Source: a virus. From it: a stretch of DNA of 16,986 bases. Positions 6,780-13,042 of the stretch are shown piece after piece. Below the pieces are notes generated by a model, which was given only the letters and a program-made list of their open reading frames with translations, had not been told where the DNA came from and made no database searches. Numbering within the stretch: the first letter of the stretch is position 1; every line of letters starts with the position of its first letter. The translations under genes were made by a program, and so were the position numbers. The stretch lies in the IMG/VR virus record IMGVR_UViG_3300029070_000006, positions 1 to 16,986 of that record. One strand, given 5' to 3'.

Positions 6780-7897
6780 AATGCGACCTCCTGCGGTGCT
6801 GTCTGGTTGATGGGCGCCCATCCTTCCTTCGCGCGCGCCTCGTTCACGGTCAGGAAACCGGCGGCGATGGCGGTCTGGTAGGCGGAATAGCGCGTGTTCG
6901 TGTCGGAACGGTGCAGGGAATCCCAATCGGGTTCGACCCATTGGCCTTCGGGCAGCAGCGATGACAGGGCCTCGCATATCTCGTCGGCGTAGGCGCTCAG
7001 CGTGTATTCGGCGAACGTGAGCCATTCCTGTTCGATGTTCGAGTAGGTCAGCGTCGTGCCTTCCACCTTCGCGAGCATGAGCGACGCGGGGATTCCCAAT
7101 AGGCGGGCTATCTGCGTGGTGTTGAACTGCTGGGATTCGATGAATTGGAGGTCTTCGGGGCTCAATGCCAACGGCGTGTAGTCCAGGCCCTTGCCGAGCA
7201 CTCGAACGCCGCCGGCGCCGCCCTTGGCCCAGCGTTCCGAAGCCGTCTGCGCGTCCTGGTCGCTCAGTATCTGGTCGCTTTTCAGGATTCCGGCGGGCCG
7301 TGCCGTGTTGTCCAGCCAGTTCGCCGCGTAGGCGCGCGTGTCCTGAGCGCCCTCGATCTCCTCGCGCGCCGCGCTGATGGGCCCCATGCCGCGAAGGCGT
7401 CCGGCGACGTTCAGCAGCTTCAGATGCACGATGCGGTCGGCGCCGTAGTCCACGCCGCGATACGAGTAGCGCAGGCGCGGGTTCGCGGGGTCCATGTTCA
7501 AATCGGTGACGGTGACGAGCTGCGGCGGCAGGCTGCGCACGCCGACGAGCACGCCGGAGATTTCCACCTTGAGCAGGAAAGCGTTGCCGTTCAACGCGAG
7601 GGCTGAAACGAGGTCGCCGAACAGGTCGCGGCGGCTGCGGTTCAAATCGGGACGGGTGATGAGCGTGCTCGGCCTCATGCGCGAGCCGTCCGGCGCGTAC
7701 TGGATCACCGGGAGCTTGCTCACGGCGGTCTCGATGATCTGCACGCCGCGAAACACGGTGGACAACGCCAATGGATCATGCGAGGCTTCCGGGCGTGCAG
7801 GCAGCACGGGCGCTTCGGAATCCCCGTCATCGGCCGTGGCCTGCGCGGCGCGCAACATCAACGCGGCGGTGCTGGAGATGCGTGACAGAAGACTCAT
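6776..7897 (-). CDS. Portal protein, HK97 family (373 aa)
   Basis: Size, its position between terL and the protease, and motifs (LNGNAFLL, NWLDN..RPAGILK, QQFN..QIARLLGIP). Confidence 0.8.
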   Translation of the reverse strand: MSLLSRISSTAALMLRAAQATADDGDSEAPVLPARPEASHDPLALSTVFRGVQIIETAVSKLPVIQYAPDGSRMRPSTLITRPDLNRSRRDLFGDLVSALALNGNAFLLKVEISGVLVGVRSLPPQLVTVTDLNMDPANPRLRYSYRGVDYGADRIVHLKLLNVAGRLRGMGPISAAREEIEGAQDTRAYAANWLDNTARPAGILKSDQILSDQDAQTASERWAKGGAGGVRVLGKGLDYTPLALSPEDLQFIESQQFNTTQIARLLGIPASLMLAKVEGTTLTYSNIEQEWLTFAEYTLSAYADEICEALSSLLPEGQWVEPDWDSLHRSDTNTRYSAYQTAIAAGFLTVNEARAKEGWAPINQTAPQEVAL

Positions 7898-7948
7898 GCG
7901 GCCGATTCAACGCCACACATGCCGGACCACGCAAAAAAACCATCAACA

Positions 7949-7988
7949 AACATCTAAAAACGTCTAAGAACATCTAAAAACGTCTAAA
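7949..7988. repeat. 20-bp tandem direct repeat x2 (aacatctaaaaacgtctaaR) in the AT-rich terL-portal spacer
   Basis: catctaaaaacgtctaa occurs at 7951..7967 and at 7971..7987. The second copy overlaps the terL stop codon. Confidence 0.85.
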
Positions 7989-9435
7989 CGAAAATCTGCA
8001 AAGGCGCGGCCGGTTGAGCGTGCAGCGACGCGGTGACGGCGAGCTGCGCGGCCTCAAGCGCGTTTATGGCCTGTTCGCTGTTGCGCCTGGATAAGACCCA
8101 GCTGTCGGCGACCCACCGGCGCACCGCGACGGCGGCAGCGTCGTCCAGCGCCGGATCAGGCACGTGCAACACCTGGCGTTGCATGAGCCGGTCAAGCATG
8201 AGCACGCCGGCCGCGACTATCTCCGTGTTCCCGATATCCGACAACCGGTATTCAGGCGTGCCGTCCGCCGCGACCTCATGCAACCGGTCGGCCAACGGCG
8301 CGGACGGGCCGCGCCGGTCTATGGCTATCGGCGCGCCGCCATACCGTGATTGCAGGTCGGCCAGCCGTTCGGCCGCGCCGGCGGTGCCCGGCAGCACGTC
8401 CACGATCTGCACGACGGTGACGCCATCGCGCCGGCACGCGGCGGCTATCGCGGTCGATTCCGATTCCATGCCGACCGCGACGCCGAACGCGAGCGTGTCC
8501 AGGTCGAGCGCCGACAGGTCGAGCGGCGCGGTCTCGGTCTCCGTCCACAAGGCGGCGGGGTAGACGCGTTCGGTGCTGGACGTGTCACGGAGATTGCAGA
8601 ACGCGCGACGCCAGCCGGCCGGGTCGTCCGCGAACTGGTCGCGAAAGTCCTTGAGCTGCCGACGGTCGAACAGATAGCCGCAACCCGGATGCGCGCGGGC
8701 TACGGCGTCCAGGTCCTCGCTGTCCTTCGCGGGGTCAAGCCCCCAATCGAAGAACGCCCAACGTTTCGGGATGTCGCCGGCACGGCACCGGTCAAGCAGC
8801 GCGTTGTAATACTCGCTTTCAGCCGTGCCCTCCGTGCTCGTGATCCACAATTGCGGACGGACGCCCGTGGCCCTCATGCGCGTGGTCGTCGTCGGGATGA
8901 AGCCGTCAAGAATCTGCTTGGCCTGGAGCGCCGACAGCGCCCACACCTCGTCAAGGTTGATGAAATCGCCTTGGAAACCATGGCCGGCGCTCTCGGTCAT
9001 GCTTCCCGGCCGCAACGTGCTGCCGTTGACGAGCGGCAACGCCATGCTGCCGTTCGACATGCGCGGGTTCCCGTCGATCAGCGCCGACAGGGGAGAACGC
9101 ACCACGCTTTTGATGAGCTTGCGGAACTGCTCGTTGCTGTCCTTGCCGGTCTGCGCCAGATACCACACTTCGCGGTCGGGCCCAAGCAGCGCGTTGCGCA
9201 ACTGCTCGGCCTTGCTGATGGTCGTCTTGCCGGCCTGGCGTTGCACTGACACAATCACACGGTCGTAGTAGTACGTGCCAGTTTCCGGGTCGATTTCACC
9301 GGCAACGTCCGCGACCTGCTGCTGCCACGGGATCAGCGGTTGACCCAACGCGGCGGAGATGCGCGCCACCTTGCCGCCGTCCGTCTCACGCGCGGGGTCG
9401 CGCGGGGTCGCGTGGCGCGCCGGTGCCGACCTCAC
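7984..9435 (-). CDS. terL: Terminase large subunit (483 aa; GTG start)
   Basis: Walker A QRQAGKTT, a downstream nuclease-type acidic region, and a GTGA overlap with terS. Confidence 0.85.
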   Translation of the reverse strand: MRSAPARHATPRDPARETDGGKVARISAALGQPLIPWQQQVADVAGEIDPETGTYYYDRVIVSVQRQAGKTTISKAEQLRNALLGPDREVWYLAQTGKDSNEQFRKLIKSVVRSPLSALIDGNPRMSNGSMALPLVNGSTLRPGSMTESAGHGFQGDFINLDEVWALSALQAKQILDGFIPTTTTRMRATGVRPQLWITSTEGTAESEYYNALLDRCRAGDIPKRWAFFDWGLDPAKDSEDLDAVARAHPGCGYLFDRRQLKDFRDQFADDPAGWRRAFCNLRDTSSTERVYPAALWTETETAPLDLSALDLDTLAFGVAVGMESESTAIAAACRRDGVTVVQIVDVLPGTAGAAERLADLQSRYGGAPIAIDRRGPSAPLADRLHEVAADGTPEYRLSDIGNTEIVAAGVLMLDRLMQRQVLHVPDPALDDAAAVAVRRWVADSWVLSRRNSEQAINALEAAQLAVTASLHAQPAAPLQIFV

Positions 9436-9746
9436 TGCGCCATGTCCTTGAGCAGCTGCGCGAGGTCGCCGGCCTTCGCGGACGATTCGGACGGCTGCAA
9501 CCGGTCGATGGTCTCGTTATAGCTCGTCACCATGCGGGAGATATCACGGCCCTTGCGACACAACCGGTCGATGGTGCGGGCGCACGTGAGCAGCAGCGTG
9601 CACAGGGCTCGGCGCTGCGGCGTCAGGTTCGCGTCGTCCTGCAACAACTCGCCGACGAGCTCCTTGGTCGAGTTGGTGAGCGGGTTCGTGAGCTCGTCGC
9701 TGTCCTCCATGCCTGGAAGTGTCATCTGCTTGTCGTTATCGTCCAT
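9432..9746 (-). CDS. terS: Terminase small subunit (104 aa)
   Basis: Small acidic, helical ORF directly upstream of terL and translationally coupled to it. AAGGAG RBS. Confidence 0.6.
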   Translation of the reverse strand: MDDNDKQMTLPGMEDSDELTNPLTNSTKELVGELLQDDANLTPQRRALCTLLLTCARTIDRLCRKGRDISRMVTSYNETIDRLQPSESSAKAGDLAQLLKDMAQ

Positions 9747-9812
9747 GATTTGCGCTCCTTGCCTATCGGTGTTACTGTCTGGAACTGGCTTAATTCCGCC
9801 GATTGGTGGAGC

Positions 9813-9841
9813 GCCGCGCCCTTCACGGCGCGGCTTTTTTT
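9813..9841 (+). terminator. Intrinsic-terminator-like hairpin oriented for the plus strand (gccgcgcc-cttcac-ggcgcggc followed by T7)
   Basis: An 8-bp all-GC stem at 9813..9820/9827..9834 is followed by ttttttt. It lies in the HNH-terS spacer, opposite to the flanking genes. Confidence 0.55.
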
Positions 9842-9909
9842 ATTTGGGTTGGGGATACGAAATCGGTGGGCGCGGGGTGTCCCTTCAGATACGTCTCTTA
9901 AAAAACCGG

Positions 9910-10635
9910 CTACCATCGCGGCCGCGCCGACGCCGCCGGCGACGAGCTCGGAGCATCGAGCAGGCGAAGCCGCGCCAGCCACGCGCGCCTGCGTTCCAGC
10001 AGGCCGTCAACACGCGACTGGGTGATGCCCAGGCGACGCCACCGCTTCAGCAGCTCCATGTCCTCACGGCCACGGCCCTGCTCGGCCATGCGCTGCCTCA
10101 GCTGCGCGTCGTCCATGTCCAGCACCACCACGTCATAGTTCAACGCCACCCACTCGGCCAGCATATCCGGGCTGTTACGCGACTGAGGCAACGCACGCAC
10201 CAGCCACACATGCCGGGCCGTGAGCATGCGTGACACACGACGGTACGCGCCACCCCACAGCACATCGGCCAATGCGTGAGCCTCGCTGCCGCCATCCACG
10301 CACGCGGCCGCCAACCGTGACGGGTCAATCACGATATCGCCCGGCGCCATGTGCTCACGCACATAATCGGTCTTGCCCACGCACGGCGGCCCTATCACGG
10401 CAGTGACCTGCGCGCCGAAGCCGTTCACGACACGATCTGCACGCAACGAGTTGCAATGCTTGCACGCCGGGCGAAGATTCGCCGGCATGGTCGGGCCGTG
10501 CAGACTGTACGGCTTCACATGGTCCATGGTCTGCGCGCCTTGGTGCGTGCAACCCGGCATGCCCAGCCAACAATCCGAACCGAACATGAGCAGCACCTGA
10601 GCGGCCATGCTCGGCGGCACCCTCTTACGCTTCAC
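9910..10635 (-). CDS. HNH endonuclease fused to a P-loop NTPase/kinase-like domain (241 aa from GTG; alternative ATG at 10608)
   Basis: HNH-type Cys pairs (Zn-finger-like) and catalytic motifs: CWLGMPGC...DHVKP...N..PACKHCN. Then Walker A GPPCVGKT and Walker B-like VVVLDMDD. GTGA overlap with the upstream gene. Confidence 0.7.
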   Translation of the reverse strand: MKRKRVPPSMAAQVLLMFGSDCWLGMPGCTHQGAQTMDHVKPYSLHGPTMPANLRPACKHCNSLRADRVVNGFGAQVTAVIGPPCVGKTDYVREHMAPGDIVIDPSRLAAACVDGGSEAHALADVLWGGAYRRVSRMLTARHVWLVRALPQSRNSPDMLAEWVALNYDVVVLDMDDAQLRQRMAEQGRGREDMELLKRWRRLGITQSRVDGLLERRRAWLARLRLLDAPSSSPAASARPRW

Positions 10636-10814
10636 TGCTGCCTCCCAAGCCACTTGTTGACATCGGCCACGCGATACACCACACGGCCCTCCAGCATCCG
10701 CCATTTCGGCCCCTTGCCCTGCTTGCGCCACATGTAGAGCGTCTGCCCGGACTTGCCTAGGAACTCGGCCAGCTCACGCGCGTACAGGAAACCACGGCCC
10801 ATCAGTGGCACCAC
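10632..10814 (-). CDS. Excisionase/AlpA-type HTH DNA-binding protein (56 aa from ATG 10802, or 60 aa from GTG 10814)
   Basis: YARELAEFLGKSGQTLYMWRKQGKGP...RVVYRVADVNKWL matches the HTH_17/excisionase pattern. The ATG at 10800..10802 overlaps the upstream TGA by 1 nt. Confidence 0.65.
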   Translation of the reverse strand: MVPLMGRGFLYARELAEFLGKSGQTLYMWRKQGKGPKWRMLEGRVVYRVADVNKWLGRQQ

Positions 10815-11131
10815 GCCTTGAACGACGCGACCACATCACGACAGTCATACGTCTTCATGCCCAGCATGCGGCCCACCGGACGGATGCCCGCGCCCTGGCG
10901 TTCGGACAGGATCAGTTGCATATCGTTATCCGCTCCCGGCGTCTTCACGCTCAATCCGATCATCGTCATGAGCTCCTGCCTGGTGATGGTCTCCGAACAC
11001 GCGCACCGCTCCTCGATGTGAGGCAACGAATACTTCACCATCGCCCTGAGCATCCTCAGTTTCGACTTGGACGCCGGCGACTGGGTGACGTTGCGTTTGC
11101 GTGTTGGTTTGTAATCGACTGCATATCCCAT
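10802..11131 (-). CDS. Hypothetical protein (109 aa), possible small DNA-binding protein
   Basis: ORF with a GAGG RBS and a possible HTH-like stretch (ITRQELMTMIGLS). No family was recognised. Confidence 0.45.
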   Translation of the reverse strand: MGYAVDYKPTRKRNVTQSPASKSKLRMLRAMVKYSLPHIEERCACSETITRQELMTMIGLSVKTPGADNDMQLILSERQGAGIRPVGRMLGMKTYDCRDVVASFKAWCH

Positions 11132-11159
11132 AACAGCTACCTCGATTCGTTCGATTGAT

Positions 11160-11553
11160 TCATTCAGAGACTTTTGGGTGGTGGGTGGTTAGAGCGGGGA
11201 GACCTAAACGCAGGCGACGAAAAAGACTCGAACAAAAGTTCGTAGTCTCTTCGTCGTCTACAGGTCTCCACGCGAGACTTTCGGTCTGGAGCCGGGCCGT
11301 CGCATTGTCGAGAGCGGGCATACGCCCGCCGTGAATGGTCCCGCCAGAGCCCCCGCAATCGCGGTACGCCGCCCTATTACGCCTTAACCGGCAAGCCCTG
11401 GTGGTAGGGAAAGCGCTCAAGACCACAGGTCAGGTTTCGTTCCGCTCGTAACGTTACGCCAGACGTCCGCAGTGGGTTAGACCCGTCAACGTGCTACCGG
11501 GTCCCTGCACATCCCCGGTCACGGCACATTCAGTTATCCAGAAAAACGAATGG
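11160..11553 (-). other. ORF-free, highly structured non-coding region (candidate ncRNA, origin or regulatory array)
   Basis: No credible ORF on either strand. It contains a 72-nt compound hairpin, a 12-bp perfect palindrome, a GC stem with a tetraloop and 5 GAGAC/GTCTC copies. Strand and function are unknown. Confidence 0.4.
11198..11269. repeat. Long compound hairpin / imperfect palindrome
   Basis: Nested pairings: ggagacct (11198..11205) with aggtctcc (11262..11269); ggcgacgaa (11213..11221) with ttcgtcgtc (11250..11258, one G-T pair); agact+cgaac (11224..11233) with gttcg+agtct (11238..11248), closing an aaaa loop. Confidence 0.75.
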
Positions 11554-11727
11554 TTATTCAGGCGGCGAAGACAACGCCGCGTAAAGCTCGTGGAACAACG
11601 ACAACGCCTCCTCGCGCGTGAACGAATAGATACGCCCGCGATCCTCGCGCCGACGCGAACGCACCAGCGGGACGATCGTCACGACCACGTACCCCTGAGC
11701 GGAGCGACTGACGGTGAACTCATACAT
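11554..11727 (-). CDS. Hypothetical small protein (57 aa)
   Basis: MYEFTVSRSAQGYVVVTIV... has high third-position GC (13/16 in the first codons). A GC hairpin (11561..11567/11575..11581) sits at its 3-prime end. Confidence 0.45.
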   Translation of the reverse strand: MYEFTVSRSAQGYVVVTIVPLVRSRRREDRGRIYSFTREEALSLFHELYAALSSPPE

Positions 11728-12293
11728 CGCGCCACCGCAGAATCCTCGCCCGGACCAGTCGAGCGATCTGACGAAGCTAGAGCTTGGAGTGCATTGGGTA
11801 TCATCTCCAACCCGTCTCCACCGGTGTCGATATACGCAATTCCCGATCTGGGGCATAGAACCAATGAAGTGCGGACCCTTTGAACGCCTGCGCAGATGGC
11901 ATAGGGACAGGCTGGGTCATCGCAGGTTCCATGCTCTCGACAGAAAACGGGCTTCAGAACAGAGAAGACTCCTGAGTTAGGAACAATCCGATACGTCCCG
12001 TCCGAAAAAACCTCAAAAGCGTCGTCGGAATCAGCCACGCCGTCGGAATCCTTACGACGAGTCCAATCATCCTTGATTTGCGGAGCAAAGCCGAACTGTG
12101 TTCTTAACTCCCAATCGTGAACGATCTTGTGGTCGTAGGGAAGCCCCACATGCTTGCGCGAGGACTCCAAAGCGTAACGACTACGCTCCACGGCCCCAGC
12201 GGCCTCGATTCGTGCCATGCGGGACCAGTAAAGCGCGGCGCAGGAAATAACCAAGGACGCAAAAGAAACACCCAACGAAACGAAGCCAAACAT
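11679..12293 (-). CDS. Hypothetical membrane-anchored protein (204 aa), low-GC insert
   Basis: N-terminal TM segment FGFVSLGVSFASLVISCAALYW and a Cys-containing C-terminal domain. The ATG overlaps the Cro-like TGA by 1 nt. The last ~16 codons overlap the 57-aa ORF, so the end is uncertain. Confidence 0.5.
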   Translation of the reverse strand: MFGFVSLGVSFASLVISCAALYWSRMARIEAAGAVERSRYALESSRKHVGLPYDHKIVHDWELRTQFGFAPQIKDDWTRRKDSDGVADSDDAFEVFSDGTYRIVPNSGVFSVLKPVFCREHGTCDDPACPYAICAGVQRVRTSLVLCPRSGIAYIDTGGDGLEMIPNALQALASSDRSTGPGEDSAVARCMSSPSVAPLRGTWS

Positions 12294-12499
12294 CACAACA
12301 CCTCCAAGGGCTCGCGGCCAAGCACGAGATCAGTGGAAACGTCGAAAAAGTCGGCTATGCGCGACACATCACGCAACGTGAAATTTGAGCGGCCATGGAA
12401 TTTGTCGCTGATGGCCTGCTCGGAGACGCCTAGCTCATGCGCCAGATCGCGCTGTGTGACGTGATTGTCTCTCATGAGTTTTCTTATCTGACTAATCAT
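12293..12499 (-). CDS. Cro-like XRE-family HTH regulator (68 aa)
   Basis: VTQRDLAHELGVSEQAISDKFHGRSNFTLRDVSRIADFF is a classic XRE HTH. It is divergent from the second HTH gene. Confidence 0.75.
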   Translation of the reverse strand: MISQIRKLMRDNHVTQRDLAHELGVSEQAISDKFHGRSNFTLRDVSRIADFFDVSTDLVLGREPLEVL

Positions 12500-12598
12500 T
12501 TAAAAACTTTCAGACTAAAGATTTGATGAAGTTCTAGACCAAAGATTAACCATATGACGTAGCCAACACGCCGAGTACTACGCTAAAACCGTAGTAAA
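12500..12598. promoter_or_regulatory. AT-rich divergent switch region with candidate operators
   Basis: Direct repeat agacYaaagatt at 12512..12523 and 12536..12547. Inverted repeat tactacg/cgtagta at 12576..12582/12590..12596. A TAAAAT -10-like hexamer at 12595..12600 lies 7 nt before ATG 12608, which could allow a leaderless start. Confidence 0.4.
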
Positions 12599-13024
12599 AT
12601 GAATTTCATGACAATGCTAGATATTCAGCCGAGCGCTACATTGCGCAGGCAGGACGTTGTTGCGATGAATACGAACATGATCTTGTCCAACAGCGGTTTA
12701 ATGAAGAAGGACCTTGCTAAGGCAATGGGACTCTCGCCGCAATCGATGGCGTCGAGGCTTCAGAGCAAGGCCGATTGGACCATTGACGAAACTTGCGCGG
12801 CGGCCGATTTCTTCGGCGTCCCGTTGATGGCTTTGCTGGATGAGAACTTAACGCCAGCAAAAGCCATGGAATATATAAAAAACCGCCGTTCCGATAATGG
12901 GAACGGCGGTCAAGTGGTAGCGGGGCATGGATTTGAACCATGGACCTCTGGTAACGTTGTTGCCCAGAGGTCCACGGTTCAAATCCATGAAGCCCGATTA
13001 TTTGATTTTATCCTAGCGGCGTAA
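12599..13024 (+). CDS. CI-like XRE-family HTH repressor candidate (up to 141 aa; start uncertain: 12599, 12608 or 12614). Its C-terminus reads through the attP core and ends ...FILAA.
   Basis: HTH MKKDLAKAMGLSPQSMASRLQSKADWTIDETCAAADFF. The ORF stays open through the tRNA-like segment to TAA 13022..13024, 18 nt before the integrase ORF. Confidence 0.65.
   Translation: MNFMTMLDIQPSATLRRQDVVAMNTNMILSNSGLMKKDLAKAMGLSPQSMASRLQSKADWTIDETCAAADFFGVPLMALLDENLTPAKAMEYIKNRRSDNGNGGQVVAGHGFEPWTSGNVVAQRSTVQIHEARLFDFILAA
12877..12910 (-). terminator. Intrinsic terminator on the minus strand, immediately 3-prime of the tRNA fragment
   Basis: An 11-bp stem accgccgttcc (12882..12892) with ggaacggcggt (12900..12910) and loop gataatg. 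On the minus strand it is followed by TTTTTT (12877..12882). Confidence 0.65.
12915..12951 (-). other. tRNA 3-prime-end fragment (variable loop, T-arm, acceptor strand, CCA): candidate attP core
   Basis: The minus strand reads CCAGAGGTC-CATGG-TTCAAAT-CCATG-CCCCGCT-A-CCA. That gives a perfect 5-bp T stem, a canonical T loop, a 7-nt acceptor strand, the discriminator and CCA. No D-arm or anticodon arm is present, so it is not a complete gene. Confidence 0.7.
12926..12989. repeat. 26-bp inverted repeat (25/26) with a 12-nt spacer. The right arm is a degenerate inverted copy of the tRNA fragment.
   Basis: catggatttgaaccatggacctctgg (12926..12951), spacer taacgttgttgc, then ccagaggtccacggttcaaatccatg (12964..12989). 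Confidence 0.85.
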
Positions 13025-13042
13025 TGCCGCCGGCCGCCAAGG

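Noticed and set aside
7949-7988. A CRISPR array
   Set aside because: There are only two directly abutting 20-bp copies with no spacers, and no cas genes are present.
9846-9877. G-quadruplex motif in the HNH-terS spacer as a stand-alone feature
   Set aside because: Four G-tracts exist, but one loop is 13 nt, and G-runs are common in DNA with more than 60 percent GC. It is mentioned only as part of the candidate cos region.
11160-11426. ORFs 11160..11426(-), 11164..11358(-) and 11491..11883(+) as genes; a retron or DGR element in the structured region
   Set aside because: The translations are Arg/Cys-rich with no RBS. No reverse transcriptase gene exists anywhere in the genome, so a retron or DGR interpretation is unsupported.
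12915-12990. A complete tRNA gene on either strand
   Set aside because: Only the variable-loop, T-arm, acceptor and CCA portion is present on the minus strand. There is no D-arm. The 12-nt spacer cannot form a 7-nt anticodon loop with U33 and purine 37. The plus-strand copy has a mismatched T stem and no CCA.
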